From assembly GCF_009834535.1 (NCBI RefSeq), contig NC_045717.1, positions 20,646,001-20,710,000 on the forward strand: DNA of 64,000 nucleotides. The letters are read 5' to 3'. The notes under the pieces are model-generated. The model worked only from the letters and a program-made list of their open reading frames with translations. It did no database searches and had not been told where the DNA came from. The position numbers and the translations under genes are program-made. Source of the stretch: Camelus ferus. Lineage: Eukaryota. Below are positions 1 through 16,935 of this stretch, in pieces. The first letter of the stretch is position 1, and the number at the start of each line of letters is the position of its first letter.

Positions 1-7289
<7,289 letters not shown>

Positions 7290-7804
7290 CTTAGAAGGTG
7301 CAGCAGAGGCAGCAGCAGCACAGGCAACCCTGGCTTTTCGCGCGGAAACCGATGGGGAGGGGCGGCGAGCGGAGGCGGCGCGTACCATCCAGGCCCGGGC
7401 GTGGGGGAAGGCGGGACGTACCACACGGAGAGAGGCCGTACCATGTGTGGGCAGACGCAGTGGAGCCGGCTGTGCGCAGGGGTTGCGCATGCGCGAGGCA
7501 GACGCGCACCCCCGCGCTGAGCAGTGGGCTTGTCCAAGCGCCTCTGCTGGGAGCCTTGCCTGAGACATTCATTCATTCATTCTTTCCCCGCAGGCTAGGA
7601 GTAAAATCCGGAGCATCTCCAGGTGGTTCTAGCGTGAGGGCTCTAGAGTTCAAGTCCTCAATTCCAATCCCACCTCCACCTATTTGCTAACCCTGGGCAG
7701 GTCATTTGGAATCAGTCTGTTTCCTCATTTGTGAAAAGGAGCTCATAGGAGACCTGGGCCACTTCCACAGCCTGTGTGTTGAAAGAAGCACCGGAACTTC
7801 GGCA

Positions 7805-9050
7805 AAGAATAGTGTCTTCAAATGGTGCTGGGAAAATTGGATACCTACATGCAAAAGAATGAAAGTGGACCTTTACCTTACACCTTATATAGAGTTAACT
7901 CAAATGGATTAAAGGCATAAGTCTAGACCTAAAACTACAGAACTCCTAGAAGAAAATGTGTGTGTGTCTGTGGCTGTGGCTGTGGCTGTGGCTGGGGTGG
8001 TGGGAACAGCTTCACAACATTGTACTTGGCAATGATTTCTTGGATATGACACCAAAGCACAGGCCACAAAAGCTAAAATAGATGGGACTACATTCAAGTA
8101 AACATATGCACAGCAAAGGAATCAAAGTGAAAATGCAACCAATAGGATGGGAGAAAATGTTTGTGTATCTGATAAGGGCTTAATATCCAAAATACATAAA
8201 GAACTCCTACCACTCAACAAAAAGACAACTCGATTTAATAAAAAGGCAAAAGATTTGAATAGACAGTTCCATAAAAGACACACAAGATGGACAAACATGA
8301 AAAGATGTTCAACATGACTAATCAGGGAAATGCAAATCAAAACCACAATGAGATCCCCTCACACACATTAGGATGGTCACTATCAAAACAAAACAAAGTA
8401 TTAGCGACAACGTGGAGATTAGGACCTATATGAACTGTTGGTAGGGATTTAGAATAGTGCAGCTGCTATAGCAAAGTGTGAAGTTTCCCCAAAAAATTAA
8501 CAACAGAATTATCATATGATGTGGCAATCCCATTTCTGGGTATGTATTCAAAACAATAGAAAATGGGATCTGGAAGAGATATTTGCACACTCGTCTTCAT
8601 AGCAGCATTATTTATAATAGCCAAGAGGTGGAAGCAGCCCAAATGTCCATGTATAGATGAATGGATAAGGCAAGTGTGCCATATACATACAACGGATTAC
8701 TCAGCCTTAAAAAAGGAAATCCTGCCCTTTTGTGATAACCTGGGTGAACCTTGAGGTCATTATGCTAAGTGAAATAAGCCAGTCACGAAGACAGACACTG
8801 CGTGATTCCACTTATTTGAGGTATCTAATTTAATCACCTCTTACAAAAGAACAACAGGAGTTACCAGGGGCTGGGGGGTGGAGTAGGAGGGGAGATGTTC
8901 AATGGGAATAGAGTTTCAGTTTTAGGGGATGAAAAGTTTCAGAGATCTCCGCAACAAAGTGCATGTAGTTAACACTACTATACTGCACATTTAAAAATGG
9001 TTACGATGGTACATGCTATGTGTTTTTAACCACAATAAAGAAGAAATAAA
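7805..9050 (+). mobile_element. 5'-truncated old L1 (L1MA/MB-type ORF2 end and 3' UTR)
   Basis: Typical L1 phrases (aaatggtgctgggaaaattgga, gcaaatcaaaaccacaatgaga, gaaataagccagtcac) and an AATAAA/A-rich end. Degenerate. Confidence 0.85.
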
Positions 9051-9121
9051 CCATTAATAAGGTAAAGGGTTTGGTTTTTTTTTTTTTAAGTATTTTATCT
9101 GCCACAACAAAAAAAGCATCA

Positions 9122-9280
9122 AGGGGAAGGTATAGCTCAGTGGTAGAATGCATGCCTAGCATGCACAAGGTCCTGGGTTCAATCCCCAGTTCCTCAATTA
9201 AAATAAATAAAAACTTAAATGCTATCAACAGTTTAAAAAAACTTAATTACCTTCCCCCAAAAAAAGGAATAAAGAAAAAG
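9122..9280 (+). mobile_element. tRNA-Ala-derived camelid-type (vic-1-like) SINE
   Basis: Head GGTATAGCTCAGTGGTAGA...GGTCCTGGGTTCAATCCCCAG (A and B boxes), A-rich tail with CTTAATTACC motif, TSD AAAAAGCATCA at 9111-9121 and 9281-9291. Confidence 0.85.
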
Positions 9281-10391
9281 AAAAAGCATCAGAATGGATT
9301 TACAAGTTGTACTAAAAAATTTATAAGTGAATGTGTTTGTAGACACACATAAACTAGTTTCCTCCAACAGGTGGTGGAGAGCTTCTGGCCAGAAATGGAC
9401 CAGAGACCCTCTGGTTGCTATGAGTTACACACACAGAGCAGGATCCAGGAGGACTGAAATATTAGGAATAAAATTAATAGCTATTAATTTAATATTTAAT
9501 CAGCACTATGTACTTACTGTACCAGGCACTTTAGGAGTAGTTTAATTTAATCCTTGACTACCAAAAAGGGAGGGTATCAGGACCCCTATTTCCCATGGCC
9601 TAGGATATCTGTCACAAAGAAGTCTGGCTCAGAGGCTGCTTACCCAAGATCATAGGTTCAGTAGCAGCAGGATCCATGAATCCAAGTGTTTTTAACTCCA
9701 GATCCTGCATGTAAAACAGTGACCCCTGGGTTGGCCAGCTGTCAGGCACCCAGGAGGCCCAGGGACAGCACTGGGGGAACTACACTAAGGAGGAAGGGCA
9801 GACAAGAGGTGGCAAATAGAAGACTATTTCACCAGAGTGAGGCTCAGGACCTGTAGACTTATCAGAAGCCAGTATCTGGGTCCCTAACCCACCTTAGGAA
9901 GAGGGACGCTCACAGGACAGGGGAGGGAGGGGAGAGAGATGAGCAGATCTGCTGTTCAGGGGCCTCAGCTCTCAGGAAAGCAGCTGCACTTATTGGAGGC
10001 TCCCTCTCAGGTAGCTTCTCTTCCTACTTCTTTTACCAAGGGAGGATTTGACCCATTTTACAGATGGAGCAAGGGTTCAGATACATAGATATGTTCAAGG
10101 GCCCCCAGCAAGTTGGGACCTACACTGGGCTTCTAGCCCAGCTGATCTGCTCTCAAGTTACTCAGAGGCAAAAAGCCAGGCACCATCTCTAATTCCTTCC
10201 CTCCCCTCACATGCAGCAGGTGAGTAATCTGTCGGTTCTTCCTCTGAAATACACCCAGGTCTTTCTGCTTATCCACTGGGCTGCCACCCCAACCCAGACT
10301 GCCATTATGGCTCTCCTGGACTATTCTAGCAGCCTCTTTCCCCATCTCCCAGACCACTGCATCCAGAGGGCATTAAAAATATTTTTTCCTG

Positions 10392-10545
10392 AGGAGAGGT
10401 AATTAGGTTTATTTATTTATTTTAAAGGTTTGGGGGGTGGTAATTAGGATTATTTATTATTTTTTAGTGGAGGTACTGGGGATCAAACCCAGGACCTCGT
10501 GCACGCTAAGCATGCACACTAGCACTGAGCTACACCCGCCCACCC
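10392..10545 (-). mobile_element. vic-1-like SINE
   Basis: Reverse complement of the same tRNA-like head and GGTAATTAGG tail motifs. Boundaries approximate. Confidence 0.8.
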
Positions 10546-10965
10546 ACAGAAGGTGTTAAAATTTTCTAACGCCCTTTTCTTTCCCACTCAAATCTTCCAG
10601 AACTTCCCATTGCCCTTGAAGTAAAATGTAAGCATTTAACTCCATTTATAGGTTCCTGTCTGGATGCAGCTCACCTCCCTCCCCCCATCAATAAGCTTCA
10701 GCTTCATTGACCCACTTTCAGTCTTTCCGACTCTTAAGTGCCCCAGGGCCTTTGCCTTTGCTGTCACTTCTGCCCAGCCTGCTCTTCTGGGAGATTCATA
10801 CAGCTCAAATGTTGCTGCTACCCAGAGGCTTCCCCTGGAACCGCCTGGAAGCAACCCCTCACCCCCAGCCACTCTATCCTACTCTTCTGTTGCTTCAGAG
10901 CATTTATCACTGTCACAGACTCTTGTTTGTGTCTATCATAGTCTTTTTGTTCCACTAGAGCAGAG

Positions 10966-11184
10966 CAGGGGTCAGAAAGTTTTTCTATACAAGATCAGAG
11001 AGTAAATATTTTAGGTTTTGTGGGCCACATGTTCTGTCACAACGACTCAACTCGGCCGACAAGGCATGAAGACAGCCATAGACACTACGCAGGTGACTAG
11101 ATATGGCTGTGTTCCAATAAAACTTTATTTACAAAAACCCAGCAGGCCAGATTTAGCCCATGAGCCTTAGTGTGCTGACCCCTG
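10966..11184 (-). mobile_element. MER58A-like hAT-Charlie MITE
   Basis: Terminal inverted repeats CAGGGGTC ... GACCCCTG and internal GGCTGTGTTCCAATAAAACTTTATTTACAAAA. Confidence 0.85.
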
Positions 11185-12566
11185 CAAAGACCTGGTAGTC
11201 TGCCTTTCTCCACTGACCCTCCAAGGGCTCACTCAGTAGGAATCCGAGTATTGGTTAGATAAATCTGTAGGACATGAGAGGTCACACATGGGAGATGCCT
11301 GATACAAAGTATAGAGCTCTTGTCTCCCCTACAACAACGTGATTTCCATTTCACAGACAGGGAAACTGAGGCACCCATCAACTCAAGCTGCAAACCCAGG
11401 TCTGTCTATAGTCCCTGAATCACCAGCTTCTCTCGACTTACATGACCAGTAAGATGTCAGCAGTAAGAGGTCATGGGGAAGGGATATTGATGGCTTCCAG
11501 GAGCCTCCAGAGTGACTGGCTGAACCAGGGACCCATTTCCCAACGAAACATGGGCTCATCCTTTAAGAGGAGCAACTGGAACTTCCAGAGCAAGGCAGGT
11601 CAGCTCTTCTGGGCATCTACCGTCTCCGCCACTTAGTAGGGTTCACAAATCCCTCACGAGATGTGTCAGGCCCCAGCTCCCTCTTTCCCAGGCCACACTC
11701 CTGCCTCCAGCTGAAGGGCCACTCTCCAGAGGCCAGGAGAGAGAAGACCATTTGGAGACTGGGGGGGGGGGGCATACTTCAGAGGTCAGGAGGGTCTGGG
11801 TGTCTGTCCAGCCAAGGTTGGGCAGCCCAAAGCAAAGGCTGGCGGAGGGACGGCCATGTGTCCTGAGCCACGGTCAGTCAGAAGGCCAGAGCTGAGTCAC
11901 GCCACATGCTGGGGAATTAGTCACTGCCCCTGAGCTCTCACTTGGGACCAGCCCTGCAGAGGCCCCAGGCGGTGGCAGCAACACTCAAGGGTTCAACAAG
12001 GACACTTTGCCACTCTCAGGCCAGGCAGGAAGACCACCAGGACAGGCCTCACAGGCTCTCTCTCTAGGCTTAAGCGACCAGGAATTGAATCTGGGGAAAC
12101 CAACTCTGGAGTGTGCTGGGCAGACCCGCCTGCTCAGACCCTTGAGCAGGCTGACAGCTTTCTGTTTTGGAATCAAAGAAGGCTTGCTGCCAAGCCCGGC
12201 GGGGTTTTCCTTCAAACAGCCCTTGAGTCAGTTAGCTGATCTGCCCCTCCAGGGCCACCGCCCCAGCTCAGGTCATCCTCTCCTCTTTCTTTGATGCCTG
12301 CCTGGCCTCCTTCCTGGGCTGCCACTCAGCCCTCTCATTACATGTTCTCCACAAGGAAGTGGGAAGGATCTTCTCAGAAAGCAGATCTCACCATGTCACC
12401 CCCTCCCGACCCCATTGAAAGCATCCAAATGGCTTCTCAATGCTCTTAGGGTAAACCCAACCCCCACAGGCCTAGACCTGCCCACCTCAGCTTTTGCCAC
12501 TCATCCTTTTTGCTCGCCCAGCTGAGCTGCATCCTGGATACTCCCTGCCCGTTCCTGCCTAAGAGC

Positions 12567-13068
12567 TGTGGTAGCCAGCCTCCAAGAGGGCCCTCCAACA
12601 TTCCTTGCCCCTCAGTAGTCATGCCTTTCTAGAATCCTCTCCCACAGTGAGTCAGGGCCAGCCTGTGTGGCCAAGAAAATATGGTGGAAGTGAAGATGCA
12701 GGATTCCTGAGGCTAGATCATCAAAGCCATCACAGCACCACCTTGTTCCCATGGGGGAAGCCAGCCACCACGTTGTGAGGATGCTCGATCAGCCCTGTGG
12801 GGAAGCCCATGGGAAAAGGGCTCCGTTTGTCAGCAGTGTGAGTGAGCTGCTTTGGAAGTGTCTCCTCCAGCCCCAGTCAAGCTTTCAGATGATGGTAGCC
12901 CCAGCCAATATCTGACTGTGACTCATGAGACGTCTCAGGCTGGAACTGTTCATTTCGCTGCTCCCAAATTCCCATCCCACAGAAACCGTTGTGAGATAAT
13001 AACATGGGTGGTGGTATTCTAAGGCACTGGACTGTGGGGCTTTTTGTTATTCAGCCATAGGTAATGAT
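12567..13068 (+). mobile_element. MaLR solo LTR (MLT1E/F-like)
   Basis: TGTGGTAGCC start, CCAGCCCCAGTCAAGCTTTCAGATGA core, CCCACAGAAACC.TGAGATAATAA and TTTGTTAT.CAGC.ATAG end. Confidence 0.8.
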
Positions 13069-13801
13069 TGAAAGGTTTTTGCACTTGCTGTTCCTTTACC
13101 TTCGAAAGGCCTGTTGTTCCATGTGTCTACTTCTCCTGCTTGAAGAATCTCTGTTCATTCTTCCTGTTTTGACTCACCCATCAACTCCTTCAAGGGGCCT
13201 TTCCTAACCTCCCCCAATACTATCAGGTATCTGATAGGTTCTGAGAACATAGCTCTTTCCTTTCTAAGCTTTTTCTCAGCTGGTAATCATACATTTGGGG
13301 GTGATAGCTCGATACCAGCACCTAGCAAAATGCCCAGGGTGTTGTTGACACAAAACAAAGACTCCCAGAGCTCTATGTGGGTGAGGGTGTGATGCCTCTC
13401 CCCCTACATTAAATGCTTATTCTGCAAATAGCCATCAAAATAAGAAATGCACACACCCTTTTATTCTGCTATTCTACTGCCAGGAATTTCTCCTAAAATA
13501 GCCTCATATACATGTGCAAAAGGAGAAGTGGACCAACTATTCACTGAGCCTTGTCTGTAGCAAAATAACTGGAAAGAACCTAGTTCCCCATCAGTGGGGA
13601 TGAGCTAAAGGAACTATATTCCGTTCATACAATGACAACCCCCACATCAAAAAACAAAAGGATGTTTTTATACATAATAGCTAGAGGTCAGTTCCTATCT
13701 GTAAGTGGGGGAAAAAAAGCAAGATGTAGAACAGAATGTATAGTGTGCTACTGTTCATGTGAAAAAGGGGGGAAGGGGTGGAAGCAAGTATGTATACTTA
13801 C

Positions 13802-13808
<7 letters not shown>

Positions 13809-13838
<30 letters not shown>
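13809..13838. repeat. (TG)15 microsatellite
   Basis: Read directly. Confidence 0.95.
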
Positions 13839-13841
<3 letters not shown>

Positions 13842-14927
13842 ACTTACATTTATATATATAAAATCTTGGGAATTAAACAAATGGATAAATTCCTGGACAT
13901 AAAGAATGTTACTTAGGAGCTGAAAGCAGAAGGAGGAATTTTTCTGCATGTCTTTTTGCCCTTTTGGAATGCTGGACTATATGGCTGTATTATTTATGTC
14001 AAACAAAAACTGGCAGAGCATTGGTGAAAGGATAGTCTTGTCAGTCAATGGTGCTGGACCCACTGGATAACCCTATGGAAGAAAGGGAACCTTGATCCCT
14101 ACCTCATACCATATACAAAACTTCAGCCATCTCCCAGATCTAAATGGAAAAGCAGAGTCAAGAAAGCTCTTAAAATAAGACATAGAACATCACTGTGACT
14201 TTGGAGTAGGCAAATGTTTCTTTAACGGGACACAAAGCATGTTAATCATAAAGAAAAATATGTTACGCTGTATTAAAATGAATTTGTTCATCAAAAGATA
14301 TCACCAAAAAGACAAGCCATAGACATGTCCACCAACCAAGGACTTGTATCTATGACATACATAGAATTAAGTAAAAAAAAAAAAAGACAGGCAACCTCTT
14401 TTTTGTTAAGTAGACAAAAGAGCTGAACAGGCACTTCACAAAAGGAGGATATCCAAATGACCAAGACTGGAATGGGAAGCTACTTAACTTCATTAGTCAT
14501 CAGGGAAATGCAAAATGAAACCTCAATATGATATCAGCTCCCACAGACACCCATCAACGCTAGGATGGCTGAAATGAAACAAGAAAAGCTTATGGGTGCT
14601 AGCAAGACCAGAACTCTCCTGTGTTGCTGGGAGAGCCTAAAATGGCCCAGCCACTTTGGAAAATGATTTGGCAATATCTGCTAGGGCTAACCATACTCCT
14701 GCCCTCCGGCCCAGTAATTCCACTCCTGGATGAATGCATTGGTCCAGGGTACTTCTCCCCACTTCTCTCACCCACTTCAAGCTTGGGCCTCCTTCCTTCC
14801 AAGACACGTATGTCCTGCCTCGCCTCTCTCAGCCCACCCAAGCCCTCTTTAGCCCACCTGGGTCCTGTGACCACCACCCATTCACATCCACCAGGCCCCA
14901 GTGGTCAGACCTCAGGGAATCACTCAC

Positions 14928-15090
14928 CTCCTGGTGCAGGAAGTGAAAACACACAGTGTCTGCTCCTGAGCTGCAAAGAAAATCATCATCACCACACTGA
15001 GCAGGGATGAGAACTGAGCTGGCCCTGGCCATTAAATCAGAAGGACTTCACGTGAAGCGCCTCCTTCCCGGAAATGACCCCTAATTAACC
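14928..15090 (-). other. DNMT1: Candidate oocyte-specific alternative first exon (exon 1o) of DNMT1
   Basis: Consensus donor GAG|GTGAGT at 14928. The 5' end GGTTAATTAGGGGTCATT (15090-15073) matches 15/18 the mouse Dnmt1o-specific primer as I recall it (GGTTGATTGAGGGTCATT). About 163 nt, no recognisable repeat, correct strand, several kb upstream of exon 1s as in mouse. The 5' boundary is approximate. Confidence 0.7.
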
Positions 15091-15369
15091 ACAACTGCCA
15101 CAACTAATTGAAAGTTTGAACCCTTTAACCAAAGGCAATCACCAAGGTATTACAACTACCTGGCAAAGAAAGACTCCAATCAGGGCACTGGGGATACCTC
15201 TAAAAGTTTCCCCACTCTCCCAGCTGAACCAGCCGACAAGGTGGAAGGAACCAGAAGGGCACACACCCTTCCTCAACCTGGGCACTAGGGACTCTTGGAG
15301 CCTTTGCCATGAGAGACTGACCCTCGTATTGCAGGCTGATTAGCAACTTCCCTGACCTCTACCCGCTAG

Positions 15370-15472
15370 CACCAGCAGCACTCCCACCCCTAGTCAGGAC
15401 AACCAAAAATGTCTGCAGACATTGCCAAATGTCCCCTGGGGGCATGGAATCAACCTCGATGAGAAGGACTGA
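15370..15472 (+). mobile_element. MER20 fragment
   Basis: GACAACCAAAAATGTCTGCAGACATTGCCAAATGTCCCCTGGGG. Confidence 0.8.
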
Positions 15473-15789
15473 TTTAGCAATATGGACATGACAAAGCAGT
15501 GGCCTTGTCCCAGCTGTATTTCCTCTGGGCAATGTCTTGCAGCCTATAGCCAGCCCCACATCAGCACTTTGAAAACTGTAAGTCATGGATGGGTTGCATC
15601 AGGAGGGATGTGGAGTGAAAATGCAGACTCCTAGGCCCTAGAGCTAGATTCTCTGGGCCCCGATAGGGCTCAGGTAGCTGTATTTTTTTTTTTTCACACA
15701 CTCCCAACTTGTGAAAGTTTAAGTATTTTCCCCCAGTTTTCTTGAGGTATAGTTGACAAATAAAAATTGCATACATTTAAAGTGAACAT

Positions 15790-15946
15790 TGTTGGGATGG
15801 GTGTAAGTATAGCTCAGTGGTACAGTGCATGCTTAGCATTCACGAGGTCCTGGGTTCAATCCCCAGTAATGCCACTTAAAAATAAATAAATAAACTTAAT
15901 TACCTCCTCCCCCTCCAAAATTTTTTTAATTAAAAAAAAGGAAAAC
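15790..15946 (+). mobile_element. vic-1-like SINE inserted in an L1
   Basis: Same head and tail. TSD TAAAGTG(A/G)ACAT at 15778-15789 and 15947-15958. Confidence 0.85.
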
Positions 15947-16760
15947 TAAAGTGGACATCATGATGATGTGATATAGGTAAGCACTGTGAAGTGATTACCA
16001 CAATCAAGCTAATTAACACAACCATCACCTCGCTTAGTTACCATTTTTTGTGTGTAGTTAGAACTGTCTTAGCAAACTCTGGCTATACTGTACAATATTA
16101 TTAACTACAATCACCATGCTGTATATTAGATCCTTGGAATTTATTAATCTCATAATTGAAAGTCTGAACCCTTTAGCCAAAATCTCCTCGTTTCCCTCTT
16201 CCCCCAGTCCCAGGCAACCACCCTTCTATTCTCTGCTTCCGTGAGTTCAACTTTTTNNNNNNNNNNNNNNNNNNNNNNNNNNNNNNNNNNNNNNNNNNNN
16301 NNNNNNNNNNNNNNNNNNNNNNNNNNNNNNNNNNNNNNNNNNNNNNNNNNNNNNNNNNNNNNNNNNNNNNNNNNNNNNNNNNNNNNNNNNNNNNNNNTGT
16401 GTATATGTGTACATGTGCATCATGTTTTCTTTATTCATTCTTCCATTGATGGACACTTAGGTTGTTTCCATATCTTGACTACTGCGAATAATGCTGCAAT
16501 AAACATGAAAGTGCTGATACCTTGTCAAGATACTCGTTGCAGTTCCTTTGGATATGGACCTAGAAGTGGGGTTTCTGGATCATATGATAGTTTTATTTTT
16601 AATCTTGAGGAACCTCCGTACTGTTTTCCATAATGGAAACTTCCTAACATTGTATTATATATTTACTTTTATGATCTGTCTCCCTGACTAGAATGTAAGA
16701 TCTCTGAAGATAGAACAGAATGTTCAATATGTATTTTGAGAGGTTGGAATTCTTTTTTAA

Positions 16761-16935
16761 AAAAATATTTTATTTATTTGTTTTGTTTGTGGGGTTTATT
16801 TTGTTTTGGGGTTTTTTGGGGGTGAGGTAATTAGGTTTATTTAGTTATTTTGATGGAGGTACTGGGGAGTGAACCCAGGATCTTGTGTATGCTAAGTATG
16901 TACTCTACCACTGAGCTATACACCACCCCCCCCAC
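16761..16935 (-). mobile_element. vic-1-like SINE
   Basis: Perfect 17-bp TSD TTGGAATTCTTTTTTAA at 16744-16760 and 16936-16952. Confidence 0.9.

Noticed and set aside
7955-7995. (GT)n(GTGGCT)n and other periodic tracts considered as array-like repeats
   Set aside because: Ordinary microsatellites inside an old L1. There is no repeat-spacer structure and no CRISPR in this mammalian DNA.
9122-9200. tRNA-Ala-like sequences (also near 10470, 15800, 16860, 19720 and 19940)
   Set aside because: Each has an A-rich tail, often a TSD, and a disrupted cloverleaf. They are SINE heads, not tRNA genes.
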